A stretch of DNA of 50,408 bases from an uncultured Gammaproteobacteria bacterium (GCA_964499955.1 CAZCMI010000002.1:17078-67485); one strand, 5' to 3'. Numbered from the stretch's first letter, positions 1 to 8,285 are shown. Numbers and translations: made by a program. Notes: generated by a model not told the origin, from the letters alone.

Positions 1-705
1 GCGAGCAAGGGTAAATCGCGGCAACATCCGCTTTGCACGGATTTCATACCGCTTCCCTTCCTCGTTCCAGCGCATCTCGTAGACGCGCGTTTCGAGATTG
101 AGCGACAGGTCGGGCTCGATCCCCATCTTGTTCGTGGTGAGATACGTTTCCCACATCTCCCCAAAGAGTTCGGGGACCGACAGGAAAGTTCCGTTCGGCG
201 TTGGGATCGCCTTCTCCTCCACCTGCTCGATCTGGATCGCGTGCAGTCGGACCGGGAACCACTTGGGGTTGTTCCCAATGAAGACGTTGATCAGGACGAA
301 CCCGATCCACGTCGCCGTCAGCACGGAGCTGACCAGCATGCCGCGGGCCTTCTTCTGTACCTCGCTTGCGCAGAGGTAGAAGGCCATCCATCCAGCGGTC
401 ATAACCGCCAGGATGAACACGAGTGCATCCGCGTCGCTCCGGTTCCACCGGATGCCGGCGATGCCCGCCACGATCATCCCGAGAACGATCAGGACGCTGG
501 CCATGGCACGCTGGAGATCGTCCCCCAGCCCGTTAATCCACTGGCCGACCTGCTTTCCCGCGGAAGGCGGGGCGCCGCCCGCAGGAGGCTTGCCGTCGTC
601 CAACTTGCCACCGATCGCGCGACCGGCGACGAACAGGAGGAACGCGGCCGCGGCCGCGAGTCCCAGGATGACGTACGTTCCGTACGCCAAGATATCCGCC
701 CACAT
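1..705 (-). CDS. Hypothetical multi-pass membrane protein (3' end cut by window edge)
   Basis: Absent from the ORF track because it has no stop inside the window. ATG at 705-703 follows an AAAGGA SD. My translation is MWADILAYGTYVILGLAAAAAFLLFVAG...VLIVLGMIVAGIAGI...LVFILAVMTAGWMAFYL...VLTATWIGFVLINVFIG, giving at least 4 hydrophobic helices. It lies 53 nt downstream of 759..2039 on the same strand. Confidence 0.6.
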   Translation of the reverse strand, partial: MWADILAYGTYVILGLAAAAAFLLFVAGRAIGGKLDDGKPPAGGAPPSAGKQVGQWINGLGDDLQRAMASVLIVLGMIVAGIAGIRWNRSDADALVFILAVMTAGWMAFYLCASEVQKKARGMLVSSVLTATWIGFVLINVFIGNNPKWFPVRLHAIQIEQVEEKAIPTPNGTFLSVPELFGEMWETYLTTNKMGIEPDLSLNLETRVYEMRWNEEGKRYEIRAKRMLPRFTLAR

Positions 706-758
706 GGGGTACGTCCTTTCTGGCAGACAAAGCCTGCCTGTTTGTTTGGTTTGCGTTC

Positions 759-2039
759 CTAGTGGGTGGCGATGGTGAGGACCACCCACACCACCGCGAT
801 CACGACGGGGATGATGATTCCCCACGGCAGCCGCTTCGGCGGCGGATTGATCTCTGCCTGGATCTTCTTGAGCTTTTCCTCAGCCGTGATCTTCACGGCC
901 GGGTTGGCGGCGTTGAGGACGGCCTCTTCGGCTTCCTTGAGACGCTTGGCCTGCTCGGCCTTCTTCCTCTTGCCGGTCAGGCTCTCCAACAAGGCCTTCA
1001 GGTGCGTGAGCTTGTCGAGCGAGACCACGCCGGAGACGAACAAGTTGCGGATGACCGCTTCCTTCTCCTCGTCCGACATGACGCGCGCGCCCATCAACCT
1101 GCGCTCCGTCTTTTTTGAAAGCGACCCGTCCGGGTTCACTTCCGGCGCTTCGTTGAAGTGGTCGAAATACCACTCACGCGCCTGGCGCTCCAGAAAGTCC
1201 GGATGCTCCTTGAAGACCTCGTTGGCCTCGTCGGCCTCCGACGTGTCCACGGACCGCCCGAAGGCGGCCAGGAACGCCAGCGCGAGCTGGCTGAATCCGG
1301 TTTCCGGACGGCCATCCGCCACGCCTTTCTTGGCCATCTTTTCCTCCTTGGCCGCTTTCGCGGCCCTATCGTACGGCCGGCACCGCGGGCACTGCTCGTA
1401 CCCGATTTCCCGCGCCCGTTCGACGGTGAGGAACTCCTCCGGAAAGGGTTCGGCCGGGATCGTCTTGCCGCCCTTTCCGTCCTTCCCGCCGACGTGCTTG
1501 GGCTTGTGGGTCTTATTCCACGCGTCCCGCTCGTTGCGGTGGTCGAGGCAGACGACGTCGCCGTCCTGCGCGACGTAGTGCACGATGGTCGGGTGGTCCC
1601 CGGCTGGATTCCGCACGACCTGACCACTCGTCGCCTTGGCGGCCGAAGGGCCGGGTGCGGTTGCGGCGTGTGTCGGTGTCGCACCGCTGCGCGCGGTTTC
1701 CGCCAACGCCTCCACGATACCGCGGATGACGTTGTCCGGCGTGTCCGCCAGCGCGCGGACCAACTTGTCCTCCGTGTCGATCCCCAGCTTCTGGAGAGCA
1801 CGGAAGATAGCCTCGCGGGTGAGTTCACCGGCGGAGATCCCCGCCAGCTTTACCGTCAGCTCGGGAAACCCCGCCACATAGGTGAGCAGAGTCTGTGCCC
1901 ATGCCGCCGGGTTTCCGGTGAGGTAGTCCTTCGTAAGGCGCTCAGCGACTTCCTCGCTGAAGTGCCCGACGGTACGGGCACCTGTACTTCCAGGTGCCCC
2001 AGACGTGGGGCGGGGGGCAACGGGAGCGGGTGTGGTCAT
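759..2039 (-). CDS. Hypothetical tail-anchored protein (426 aa) with K/E-rich coiled-coil-like region and C-terminal TM helix
   Basis: Track ORF 759..2183 trimmed to the ATG at 2039 (MTTPAPV), which follows an AAAGGAAG SD. The C-terminus WGIIIPVVIAVVWVVLTIATH is a TM anchor. It has a GYEQCPRCRPY motif. I recognise no family. Confidence 0.6.
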   Translation of the reverse strand: MTTPAPVAPRPTSGAPGSTGARTVGHFSEEVAERLTKDYLTGNPAAWAQTLLTYVAGFPELTVKLAGISAGELTREAIFRALQKLGIDTEDKLVRALADTPDNVIRGIVEALAETARSGATPTHAATAPGPSAAKATSGQVVRNPAGDHPTIVHYVAQDGDVVCLDHRNERDAWNKTHKPKHVGGKDGKGGKTIPAEPFPEEFLTVERAREIGYEQCPRCRPYDRAAKAAKEEKMAKKGVADGRPETGFSQLALAFLAAFGRSVDTSEADEANEVFKEHPDFLERQAREWYFDHFNEAPEVNPDGSLSKKTERRLMGARVMSDEEKEAVIRNLFVSGVVSLDKLTHLKALLESLTGKRKKAEQAKRLKEAEEAVLNAANPAVKITAEEKLKKIQAEINPPPKRLPWGIIIPVVIAVVWVVLTIATH

Positions 2040-2154
2040 GATCTTCTTCCTTTTCTGCTGGCTGTGCCAGCGAAAACTGTTTTGGCCTCGCGAATTGTGA
2101 ACGTTCGCTTTCTTGGCCGAAAATGCGCGGAATTGCGCGGTTTGCCAAGGGAGG

Positions 2155-2183
2155 TTTATAGCAGGTTTTTTGGGTTTTGTCAA
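2155..2183 (-). promoter_or_regulatory. Sigma70-like promoter for 759..2039
   Basis: The minus strand reads TTGACA (2183-2178), a 17-nt spacer, then TATAAA (2160-2155). Confidence 0.5.
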
Positions 2184-2192
2184 TCGTAAACG

Positions 2193-2225
2193 AACAAAAC
2201 GGGCGCCGAAACGCCCGTCTTTTCT
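2193..2225. terminator. Bidirectional intrinsic terminator
   Basis: Stem ACGGGCG/CGCCCGT with a short loop, flanked by an A-run and a T-run. It sits directly after the stop of 2241..3416 (minus). Confidence 0.6.
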
Positions 2226-2240
2226 GCCGCCCGGTTTATC

Positions 2241-3416
2241 CTATAACTTCACGCCGGCCGCTTCCGCGCCCTCGCCGATCCATTTGGTGACGGCCGCGCG
2301 GTCGGCGTTGCGGTTCACCAACGTGGCGCCCACCACGCGCCCGCCGCGGACGAACAACTGGGCCACGCCGCCCTCCGCCGCGGACCCGTACGCAACGACC
2401 TGGTCGGCGGCTTCCCGCACCGTGTCGCCCACGAAGATGATTTCCAGCCCCAGCACGTTGGTGGCGTAGGAGGAAACAAGGCGGAACGGCGCACGTTCTC
2501 CCGTTATCATCTTGGCAACCGCACGACCCTGCATCTGCGCGCTCATCCAATTTCCCGCCATGCGCGGGCGGCCAACCGTAACGTCGAAGAACTCGGCGAC
2601 GTCCCCCGCCGCATATACGCCGGGTACGTTGGTTTCCAAATATTCGTTCGTCCGGATACCGGCGCCGACCTCCACGCCTGCCTCGCGCAACCACCCGAGG
2701 TCCGGCTCAATGCCTACGCCCACGCCGAGCAGTCCGCATGGGAAGCGGCCTTTGTCCGTCACCAAGGCTTCCACGTGGCGGTCGCCTTCCACGCCGCGCA
2801 CCGCGGCGCTCGGCACCACTTCCACACCGCCTTCCGCCAACTGCTTGGCGATCAACGCGCCGCTCTCGGCGTCCAACACGCGCGACCAGAAATGCGGTCC
2901 GCGATGCGCCACCGTGCACGGCACGCCGAAATGCGCGAAGAGATTGACGTACTCGCAGGCGATGAACCCGCCGCCATAGACAACCGCGCGGCCCGTTGGC
3001 GGCACCTCCCGCAGCAACTGCAGCAGATGGTCCGCGTCGTCCAAAGTGCGGAAATACGACATGCCGCGCCGGTCCTCGTGCAGCGGGCGCACGTCCCCGC
3101 CGGTGGCGAGCAGCACGGCGTCGTACGGCAATTCCCGACCGTTCGACAACCGTACAAAGCGGTTGCGAACGTCCAAATGCTCCGCCCGCTCCCCGGTGAT
3201 CCATTCGATATTCTGCTCCGCGTACCAGGTTTCCTTCTTCAAAAACACCCGTTCGCGCGGCACCTTGCCCTTCAGATAATGCGGCAACAACACCCGGGAA
3301 TAACACGGATGCTGTTCTTCGCTGATGATGGTGACGTCGGCGTCGGGCCGGCGTTTGCGCAGCTCTTCGGCCGCCAAGGTGCCCGTGATGCCGCCGCCGA
3401 GAACGAGGAAGCGCAT
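2241..3416 (-). CDS. FAD/NAD(P)-dependent pyridine nucleotide-disulfide oxidoreductase (ferredoxin/rubredoxin reductase-like)
   Basis: Track ORF trimmed to MRFLVLGGGITGTLAAEEL (GxGxxG). It has a second dinucleotide fold, VVYGGGFIACEY, and an AAGDVAEF motif. It lies immediately downstream of a ferredoxin gene. Confidence 0.8.
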   Translation of the reverse strand: MRFLVLGGGITGTLAAEELRKRRPDADVTIISEEQHPCYSRVLLPHYLKGKVPRERVFLKKETWYAEQNIEWITGERAEHLDVRNRFVRLSNGRELPYDAVLLATGGDVRPLHEDRRGMSYFRTLDDADHLLQLLREVPPTGRAVVYGGGFIACEYVNLFAHFGVPCTVAHRGPHFWSRVLDAESGALIAKQLAEGGVEVVPSAAVRGVEGDRHVEALVTDKGRFPCGLLGVGVGIEPDLGWLREAGVEVGAGIRTNEYLETNVPGVYAAGDVAEFFDVTVGRPRMAGNWMSAQMQGRAVAKMITGERAPFRLVSSYATNVLGLEIIFVGDTVREAADQVVAYGSAAEGGVAQLFVRGGRVVGATLVNRNADRAAVTKWIGEGAEAAGVKL

Positions 3417-3433
3417 AGGTCGCGACGCGGTGG

Positions 3434-3715
3434 TTACATTTCCGGAAACAGCTGCGTCCCCGCTTCGTCGTAGATGAAGATGGCCAGCGTGGGGCAGGAC
3501 TGTGCGGCCAAGATGATCGTTTCCTTTTCGTCTTCGGTCACCTCCAGCACGCGTTCGTAGACGCGCGTGGGGTCCGGCACCGGGGCGGGCGCTCCGTGGT
3601 CCAGCACGTACGCCTTGTTTTCGTCGTTCATTTGGAACGTGCTCGGATCGACCGTCACGCACGAGGCGGCGCCGATGCACAGGTCCGGGTCCACTTTCAC
3701 AGTGAGTTTGGGCAT
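3434..3715 (-). CDS. Small ferredoxin (single Fe-S cluster type)
   Basis: 93 aa. The motif KVDPDLCIGAASCVTVDP ... AAQSCP is the typical Cys pattern of single-cluster ferredoxins. Confidence 0.75.
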   Translation of the reverse strand: MPKLTVKVDPDLCIGAASCVTVDPSTFQMNDENKAYVLDHGAPAPVPDPTRVYERVLEVTEDEKETIILAAQSCPTLAIFIYDEAGTQLFPEM

Positions 3716-3727
3716 AACGAATGCGGG

Positions 3728-4402
3728 TTAGACGCCGAAATATTTCTCGCGATAGAACCGGATCAGGTCCTCCACGGCGGGCAGGACGCCCGGGTTGCCG
3801 ATGCCGACCTTCGTTTTGGCCTGCACCTGCTCGAGCGTGTGCGCGCCTTCCAGCACGGCTTCTTCGATGTCATGGTCCGTGACTTTGGACACGGGATCCA
3901 CCAGGCGGGACGCTTCGGCCACCACGCGGTCGAACTTCTCCGCACGGCGGTAGTAGTCGTTGATGGCGTCGCGCAGGGCTTTGTCGCACAGCACGGAGCA
4001 GTGGAACTTGCGCTGCGGGAGCCCGCCCAGGCGTTCCATGATGTCCTGGGGTTTGAGCTTGCGCGCTTCTTCCAGGGTGAGGCCGCCGTTTTCCGTTACC
4101 ATCACCGAGGCCATGGAGGTGGACGCGATGGCGCTGCCGCAGCCGAAGGTCTTCCATTTGAACTCCGCGATGCGTTCCGTGTCCGGATCCACGCGCAGCC
4201 AGACGCGCAATTCGTCCCCGCAGGCGGGCGAGCCCACCTTGCCCACGGCGTTGAAGCGGGACACGTCTTCGTCCCCCTGCACGAAGTTCTTGGGGTTGAA
4301 GAAATGTTCCTTCACCTCGGGCGTGTAAAACCAGGACTGGCCGCCGTCTTTCGACGCGACGTCGCCTTGCGTGCCGGGAACGGCGGGTTGAGCGTGGGAC
4401 AT
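3728..4402 (-). CDS. nifU: NifU/IscU-type Fe-S cluster scaffold with degenerate C-terminal BFD-like domain
   Basis: All three scaffold Cys motifs are present: GSPACGDE, FGCGSAIAS and KFHCSVL. The C-terminal ~70 aa align in pattern to the NifU central or BFD-like domain but contain no Cys. Confidence 0.8.
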   Translation of the reverse strand: MSHAQPAVPGTQGDVASKDGGQSWFYTPEVKEHFFNPKNFVQGDEDVSRFNAVGKVGSPACGDELRVWLRVDPDTERIAEFKWKTFGCGSAIASTSMASVMVTENGGLTLEEARKLKPQDIMERLGGLPQRKFHCSVLCDKALRDAINDYYRRAEKFDRVVAEASRLVDPVSKVTDHDIEEAVLEGAHTLEQVQAKTKVGIGNPGVLPAVEDLIRFYREKYFGV

Positions 4403-4492
4403 AGGAAGAACATCAATGTTGAGTGATGATAGACCGCATCGACGGGGAAAGTAAAGGCATGCAGGCCCGTTGCCGGAGGCGCGCTGAAACGG

Positions 4493-5344
4493 TTATTCCA
4501 GCAGTATTGCCCGCACCTGTTGTTCAAGAATCTTTCGATCTACCTGCAGAAGGTCTTGTGGTCGAAGGTTCTCCCGGCGCATAAATTCTTCCGTGAACCA
4601 AAGCCCCGCGAAATATCCTGATCGGTATTTGAAGATATTGTTTGGATCGTTCGCAAGAAACAATTCGTTCTGTTCTGGAGATTCATTCCATTGTTCGTAT
4701 ATGACCTTACCCAGTTCTGACAAATGCTCCTTGCAATCAGACATCCACCGATCTGCTTGGGTGGGCGGTAAATAATCTGCCCAGAGAGCCGTCGTGTCGC
4801 CACAATCAAGGACATGCTTGGTCAGACAGGTTGCCATCCCTTCGGTCAGGAATTGACGCCCCGTTTGCTGCTGCTCTTTCTTTGACGTGAAGAAAAATTC
4901 CGGACGCGCTTGATAGTGGAGGGCGTGCACGATTTCGTGCGTCACGAACACGTCGACTTGTTTTTCCGTTTCATACGCTTCCACCGGAATCCAAACCGTA
5001 CTTTTCCCCTGTTCCAGAAACGCGTGGCCGTTACTCGTTCCCTGCCCAACAAAGAGCACGAGGGAAAGATCGTGTATCCGCAGTCCTTTTCGTACCATCG
5101 TTTCCTCAATGATAGGCAGACGCGTGCGTAAAAGATGTTGCTTCTGCTGCAGGTCCCGTTCGGAAAGCACAGGAACCCCGTCCATCGGCCGTTTCGCCCA
5201 GTACGAAAAATAATGCGCAAACAAAGAAGGTGCTGTTTGCACATATTCTTCAAAACGATTTTGACGAATGACGAGGTCTTTATAGACGTCCGTAAGATCA
5301 GTGATACGCATACCTTCACACGTAAAGGACGACCTCGTACTCAT
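4493..5344 (-). CDS. HExxH (THEIVHALH) putative zinc metallopeptidase-like protein, low-GC gene
   Basis: 283-aa ORF. Its ATG overlaps the nifS stop (ATGA at 5341-5344). It is clearly AT-richer than its flanks: 23/60 G+C in 4621-4680 and in 5221-5280, versus 39/60 in 5401-5460. Confidence 0.65.
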   Translation of the reverse strand: MSTRSSFTCEGMRITDLTDVYKDLVIRQNRFEEYVQTAPSLFAHYFSYWAKRPMDGVPVLSERDLQQKQHLLRTRLPIIEETMVRKGLRIHDLSLVLFVGQGTSNGHAFLEQGKSTVWIPVEAYETEKQVDVFVTHEIVHALHYQARPEFFFTSKKEQQQTGRQFLTEGMATCLTKHVLDCGDTTALWADYLPPTQADRWMSDCKEHLSELGKVIYEQWNESPEQNELFLANDPNNIFKYRSGYFAGLWFTEEFMRRENLRPQDLLQVDRKILEQQVRAILLE

Positions 5345-6546
5345 TGAAAATACTTTTCGTCCACGCGCACGGGGGAGATTGCGCGCAGCTTGGCCACCAA
5401 GGGCGGCAGGACGTCCAACACGTAGTCGATGTCCTCTTGCGTGGTGGAACGGCCCAGGGTGAAGCGCAGCGAGCCGTGCGCCACTTCGTACGGCAACCCG
5501 AGCGACAAAATCACGTGGCTGGGGTCGAGTGAGGCCGACGTACAGGCGGAACCGGTGGAGGCGTACACGCCCGCGGCATCCAAATACAGCAGCAGGGCCT
5601 CGCCTTCCACGTCCAAGAAGGACACGTTGGCGTTGTTGGGAAGGCGTAGCGAAGGATGGCCGTTCAACCGCGTTTTCGGCAGGGCCAGCAAGCCGTTGAT
5701 GAGCCGGTCGCGCAGCGGAATGAGGCGCGCGTTTTCCGCCTCGCGGTCTTCTTGGGCGAGCGTGAGCGCTTCGGCCAAACCGACGATCCCGGCGACGTTC
5801 TCCGTGCCGGGGCGAATGCCGCGCTCCTGCGCCCCGCCGAAGAACAGCGGCCGCAGTTTCAACCCGCGCCGCGCATACAGCACGCCCGCTCCCTTGGGAC
5901 CGTAGATTTTCGACCCGTTCAAGGTGAGAAAATCAACGTGGAGTTTGACCACGTTCATGTCGAAGGTTCCGGCGGCTTGGCAGGCGTCGGTGTGGAAGGC
6001 CACGGCGCACCTGGGGTTGGCCGCGCGGAACTTCGCCACGGCCGCGCCAATTTCCGCCACGGGCTGGACGGTGCCGATTTCGTTGTTGGCATACATCACC
6101 GACACCAGCACGGTGTCCGGGCGCAGGGCTTCCGCCACCTGCTTGGCCGTCACCACGCCGGAGCGGTCGGGGCGCAGATAGGTCACCTCGAACCCTTCCT
6201 TCTTTTCCAAAAACTGGGCGGCTTCCAGCACGGCCTGGTGTTCCATGGCCGTCGTCACGATATGCCGGCCCTTGTCCGCGTACATGCGGGCGTAGCCCAA
6301 CACCGCCAGGTTGTCGGATTCCGTTCCGCCGGAGGTGAACAGGATTTCGTCGGGGCGGGCGCCGAGCGCTTCGGCGATGCGCGCGCGGGCCGCGTCCACG
6401 GCGTCCTTGGCGCGCTTGCCTTCCGTGTGGAAGCTCGACGGATTCCCGTGCGCCTGCGCCAAAAACGGCCGCATGGCCTCAAGGACCCGCGGGTCAAGCG
6501 GCGTGGCGGCGGCATGGTCGAGATACACGCGGCGGAGGGCGTTCAT
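5341..6546 (-). CDS. nifS: Cysteine desulfurase (class V aminotransferase, NifS/IscS type)
   Basis: 401 aa. Motifs include LDHAATTP-like YLDHAAATPL, TSGGTESDN, the PLP-lysine context LNGSKIYGPKG, and the catalytic loop STGSACTS. Confidence 0.9.
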   Translation of the reverse strand: MNALRRVYLDHAAATPLDPRVLEAMRPFLAQAHGNPSSFHTEGKRAKDAVDAARARIAEALGARPDEILFTSGGTESDNLAVLGYARMYADKGRHIVTTAMEHQAVLEAAQFLEKKEGFEVTYLRPDRSGVVTAKQVAEALRPDTVLVSVMYANNEIGTVQPVAEIGAAVAKFRAANPRCAVAFHTDACQAAGTFDMNVVKLHVDFLTLNGSKIYGPKGAGVLYARRGLKLRPLFFGGAQERGIRPGTENVAGIVGLAEALTLAQEDREAENARLIPLRDRLINGLLALPKTRLNGHPSLRLPNNANVSFLDVEGEALLLYLDAAGVYASTGSACTSASLDPSHVILSLGLPYEVAHGSLRFTLGRSTTQEDIDYVLDVLPPLVAKLRAISPVRVDEKYFQ

Positions 6547-6595
6547 AGCTGGTTGACGGTACCAACCAAACGCCCGTCCGTCCAGGCGGCGCGCC

Positions 6596-6796
6596 TTATT
6601 CTTCCTCTTCGTCCAAGGCCAGCAGGTACCGCTCCGGATCCTCCAAAAAATCCTTCAGGCATTCTTGGCGGTCGAAGGCGAGCAGTTGGCCGTGATGGTT
6701 CTCCACCAGGGCCTGGCGCATATCGGGAATGGGGGCGTCGCACACGGGGCAGGTCGCGGCGTCTTGGGCGGCTTCTTGTTCAAAACGGATGGTCAT
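6596..6796 (-). CDS. YHS-domain small metal-binding protein (66 aa)
   Basis: Only the C-terminal part of track ORF 6596..7366 looks real. MTIRFEQ...CPVCDAPI...FDRQECLKDFLEDPERY fits the YHS pattern CPVC...F..xxC...F...PE.Y. Confidence 0.55.
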   Translation of the reverse strand: MTIRFEQEAAQDAATCPVCDAPIPDMRQALVENHHGQLLAFDRQECLKDFLEDPERYLLALDEEEE

Positions 6797-6804
6797 ACGG
6801 TGAA

Positions 6805-7347
6805 TTACCACAAATGCCGCACGGCCCAGCCAATGCCGTAGCCGATGGCGGCGGCGCTTAACGAAACGACGAGCATTTCCGCACCCCCGCGCGCCAGCGG
6901 GCGGCGCGACACGGACGCGGCGAACATGCCGACGGCAAACAGCGTGACGGCCGTCAGCGCGATGGCCACGACGGAGGCGGCATTGAGCGCGTCCATGAAG
7001 ATGAACGGAGCGAGCGGAATGCAGCCGCCCAGCACGTAGAAGACGCCCATGACGGCGGCCGCGCGGGCGGGGCGCGCCCGCAGGCCGTTGGCCTTCTTGC
7101 CTTCCTCCCGCAGGATTTCCGTTTCCGCCTCCAGGGCGGACTTGGAGGAGAGGAAACTCCCGGCGGTCATGGACACGGCTTCCACGGCCACCAGGACGAT
7201 GCCGGAAAGGATGACGATGTAGCGGTCCTGCGCCCCGGCGGCAATGCCCACCACCGCCCCGAGCGTGGACACCAGGCTGTCTTCCAGTCCGAACACGATT
7301 TCCCGAATGAATTTCGCCAGCGACCGGCGCCCGACCGTTCCGTTCAT
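6805..7347 (-). CDS. VIT1/CCC1-family Fe/Mn transporter
   Basis: Contains FGLEDSLVSTLGAVVGIAAG and several TM helices. Start trimmed to MNGTVGRR (ATG at 7347). Confidence 0.75.
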   Translation of the reverse strand: MNGTVGRRSLAKFIREIVFGLEDSLVSTLGAVVGIAAGAQDRYIVILSGIVLVAVEAVSMTAGSFLSSKSALEAETEILREEGKKANGLRARPARAAAVMGVFYVLGGCIPLAPFIFMDALNAASVVAIALTAVTLFAVGMFAASVSRRPLARGGAEMLVVSLSAAAIGYGIGWAVRHLW

Positions 7348-7410
7348 ACGGCGGCAAGTATAGCACGCTCTGGTATACTCAAAACACATTCACTTCCCCT
7401 TTGGTTCCCT

Positions 7411-7851
7411 ATGCACATCCCCGAACCCTTGCGCGCGTTTGCCGCGCCCACCTACATCGTCGCCACGGACAACGTCCAAGCGCGCGTTTATCGCGCCGAC
7501 GGGCGGGAAATCGAACCGGTCCTGCATCTGTCCACCAAAACGGACGACCTGCCCGGCGAACGCTCCGCGGTAAAACTCGGCGGCGGGCAAATGTCCTCCG
7601 CCGAACCGGAAGACGACCGGCAGGAATGGTCCCGCGAACGCCTGTACGACCAACTCAACCACGAACTCTTGGCCAGGCTGAAAAACGGCGAATTCCAAGA
7701 GGTGGCCTTCACGGTCCCACAGGAAAACGTCGAATTGTTCAAGGAATCCCTGCATATCGACTTGCTCAAGCGCACCGTGGCGTTCGTGCCGAAGAACCTG
7801 GTGGGCGAAGATCTCGTGGACTTGGCCGCCCACGTGCAGGAAGAACGGTAA
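7411..7851 (+). CDS. Host_attach-family (baeRF-like) protein
   Basis: 146 aa. The pattern YIVATDNVQARVYR ... GGGQMSSAEPEDD ... ERLYDQLNHELLARL..FQEVAFTVPQENV..L matches my memory of the 'protein required for attachment to host cells' family. Confidence 0.55.
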   Translation: MHIPEPLRAFAAPTYIVATDNVQARVYRADGREIEPVLHLSTKTDDLPGERSAVKLGGGQMSSAEPEDDRQEWSRERLYDQLNHELLARLKNGEFQEVAFTVPQENVELFKESLHIDLLKRTVAFVPKNLVGEDLVDLAAHVQEER

Positions 7852-7865
7852 AACATACCCAAACG

Positions 7866-7892
7866 AAAACCCCGCCACGCGGCGGGGTTTTT
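7866..7892. terminator. Bidirectional intrinsic terminator
   Basis: AAAA CCCCGCC acgc GGCGGGG TTTTT. Confidence 0.75.
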
Positions 7893-7917
7893 GATCTTCC
7901 CTCATCTTCCTTCCCTC

Positions 7918-8097
7918 TTAGTGCATCAAGCTCCACAGCCGGTCTTCCACGGAGATGATATTGGCTCCGTACGGAAGCGCGGTCCATCCGGCCGCGGCAT
8001 GCGCCGTAGCGGGAGCGAGCAACCCGACGAATGGCGTGAACGGGCTGCACAACACGGCGAGCGCCAACGCGCTGGCGGACAGACGGCGGAAGGTCAT
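7918..8097 (-). CDS. Possible small secreted peptide (59 aa)
   Basis: MTFRRLSASALALAVLCSPF...ATAHAAAG is signal-peptide-like. The SD is weak and I recognise no similarity. Confidence 0.3.
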   Translation of the reverse strand: MTFRRLSASALALAVLCSPFTPFVGLLAPATAHAAAGWTALPYGANIISVEDRLWSLMH

Positions 8098-8174
8098 AAG
8101 CCTTATGGTTTGGTAACCGATAAATGAGTTTGGGTAGTAGTGTACCACGGATCACCAAAGCCGCTGTGGAAAAC

Positions 8175-8207
8175 AAAAAACGCACGTCCGATGTTGGACG
8201 CGCGTTT
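8175..8207 (-). terminator. Intrinsic terminator after tRNA-Cys
   Basis: The minus strand forms an ACGCGCGTCC ... GGACGTGCGT hairpin followed by TTTTTT. Confidence 0.65.
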
Positions 8208-8208
8208 T

Positions 8209-8285
8209 TGGAGGCCACGGCCGGGGTCGAACCGGCGCATAGCGGTTTTGCAGACCGCCGCGTTAACCACCTTCGCCACGTGGCC
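8209..8285 (-). tRNA. tRNA-Cys (GCA)
   Basis: Hand-folded cloverleaf. Acceptor GGCCACG/CGTGGCC, anticodon arm GCGGT-CTGCAAA-ACCGC, T arm GCCGG-TTCGACC-CCGGC, discriminator U, encoded CCA. Confidence 0.9.

Noticed and set aside
7390-7958. ORFs 7390..7905 (minus) and 7401..7958 (plus), which overlap the Host_attach-like gene.
   Set aside because: They are alternative frames or strands of the same DNA with R/G/H-rich translations. Frame 7411..7851 gives a family-like sequence and ends at a terminator.
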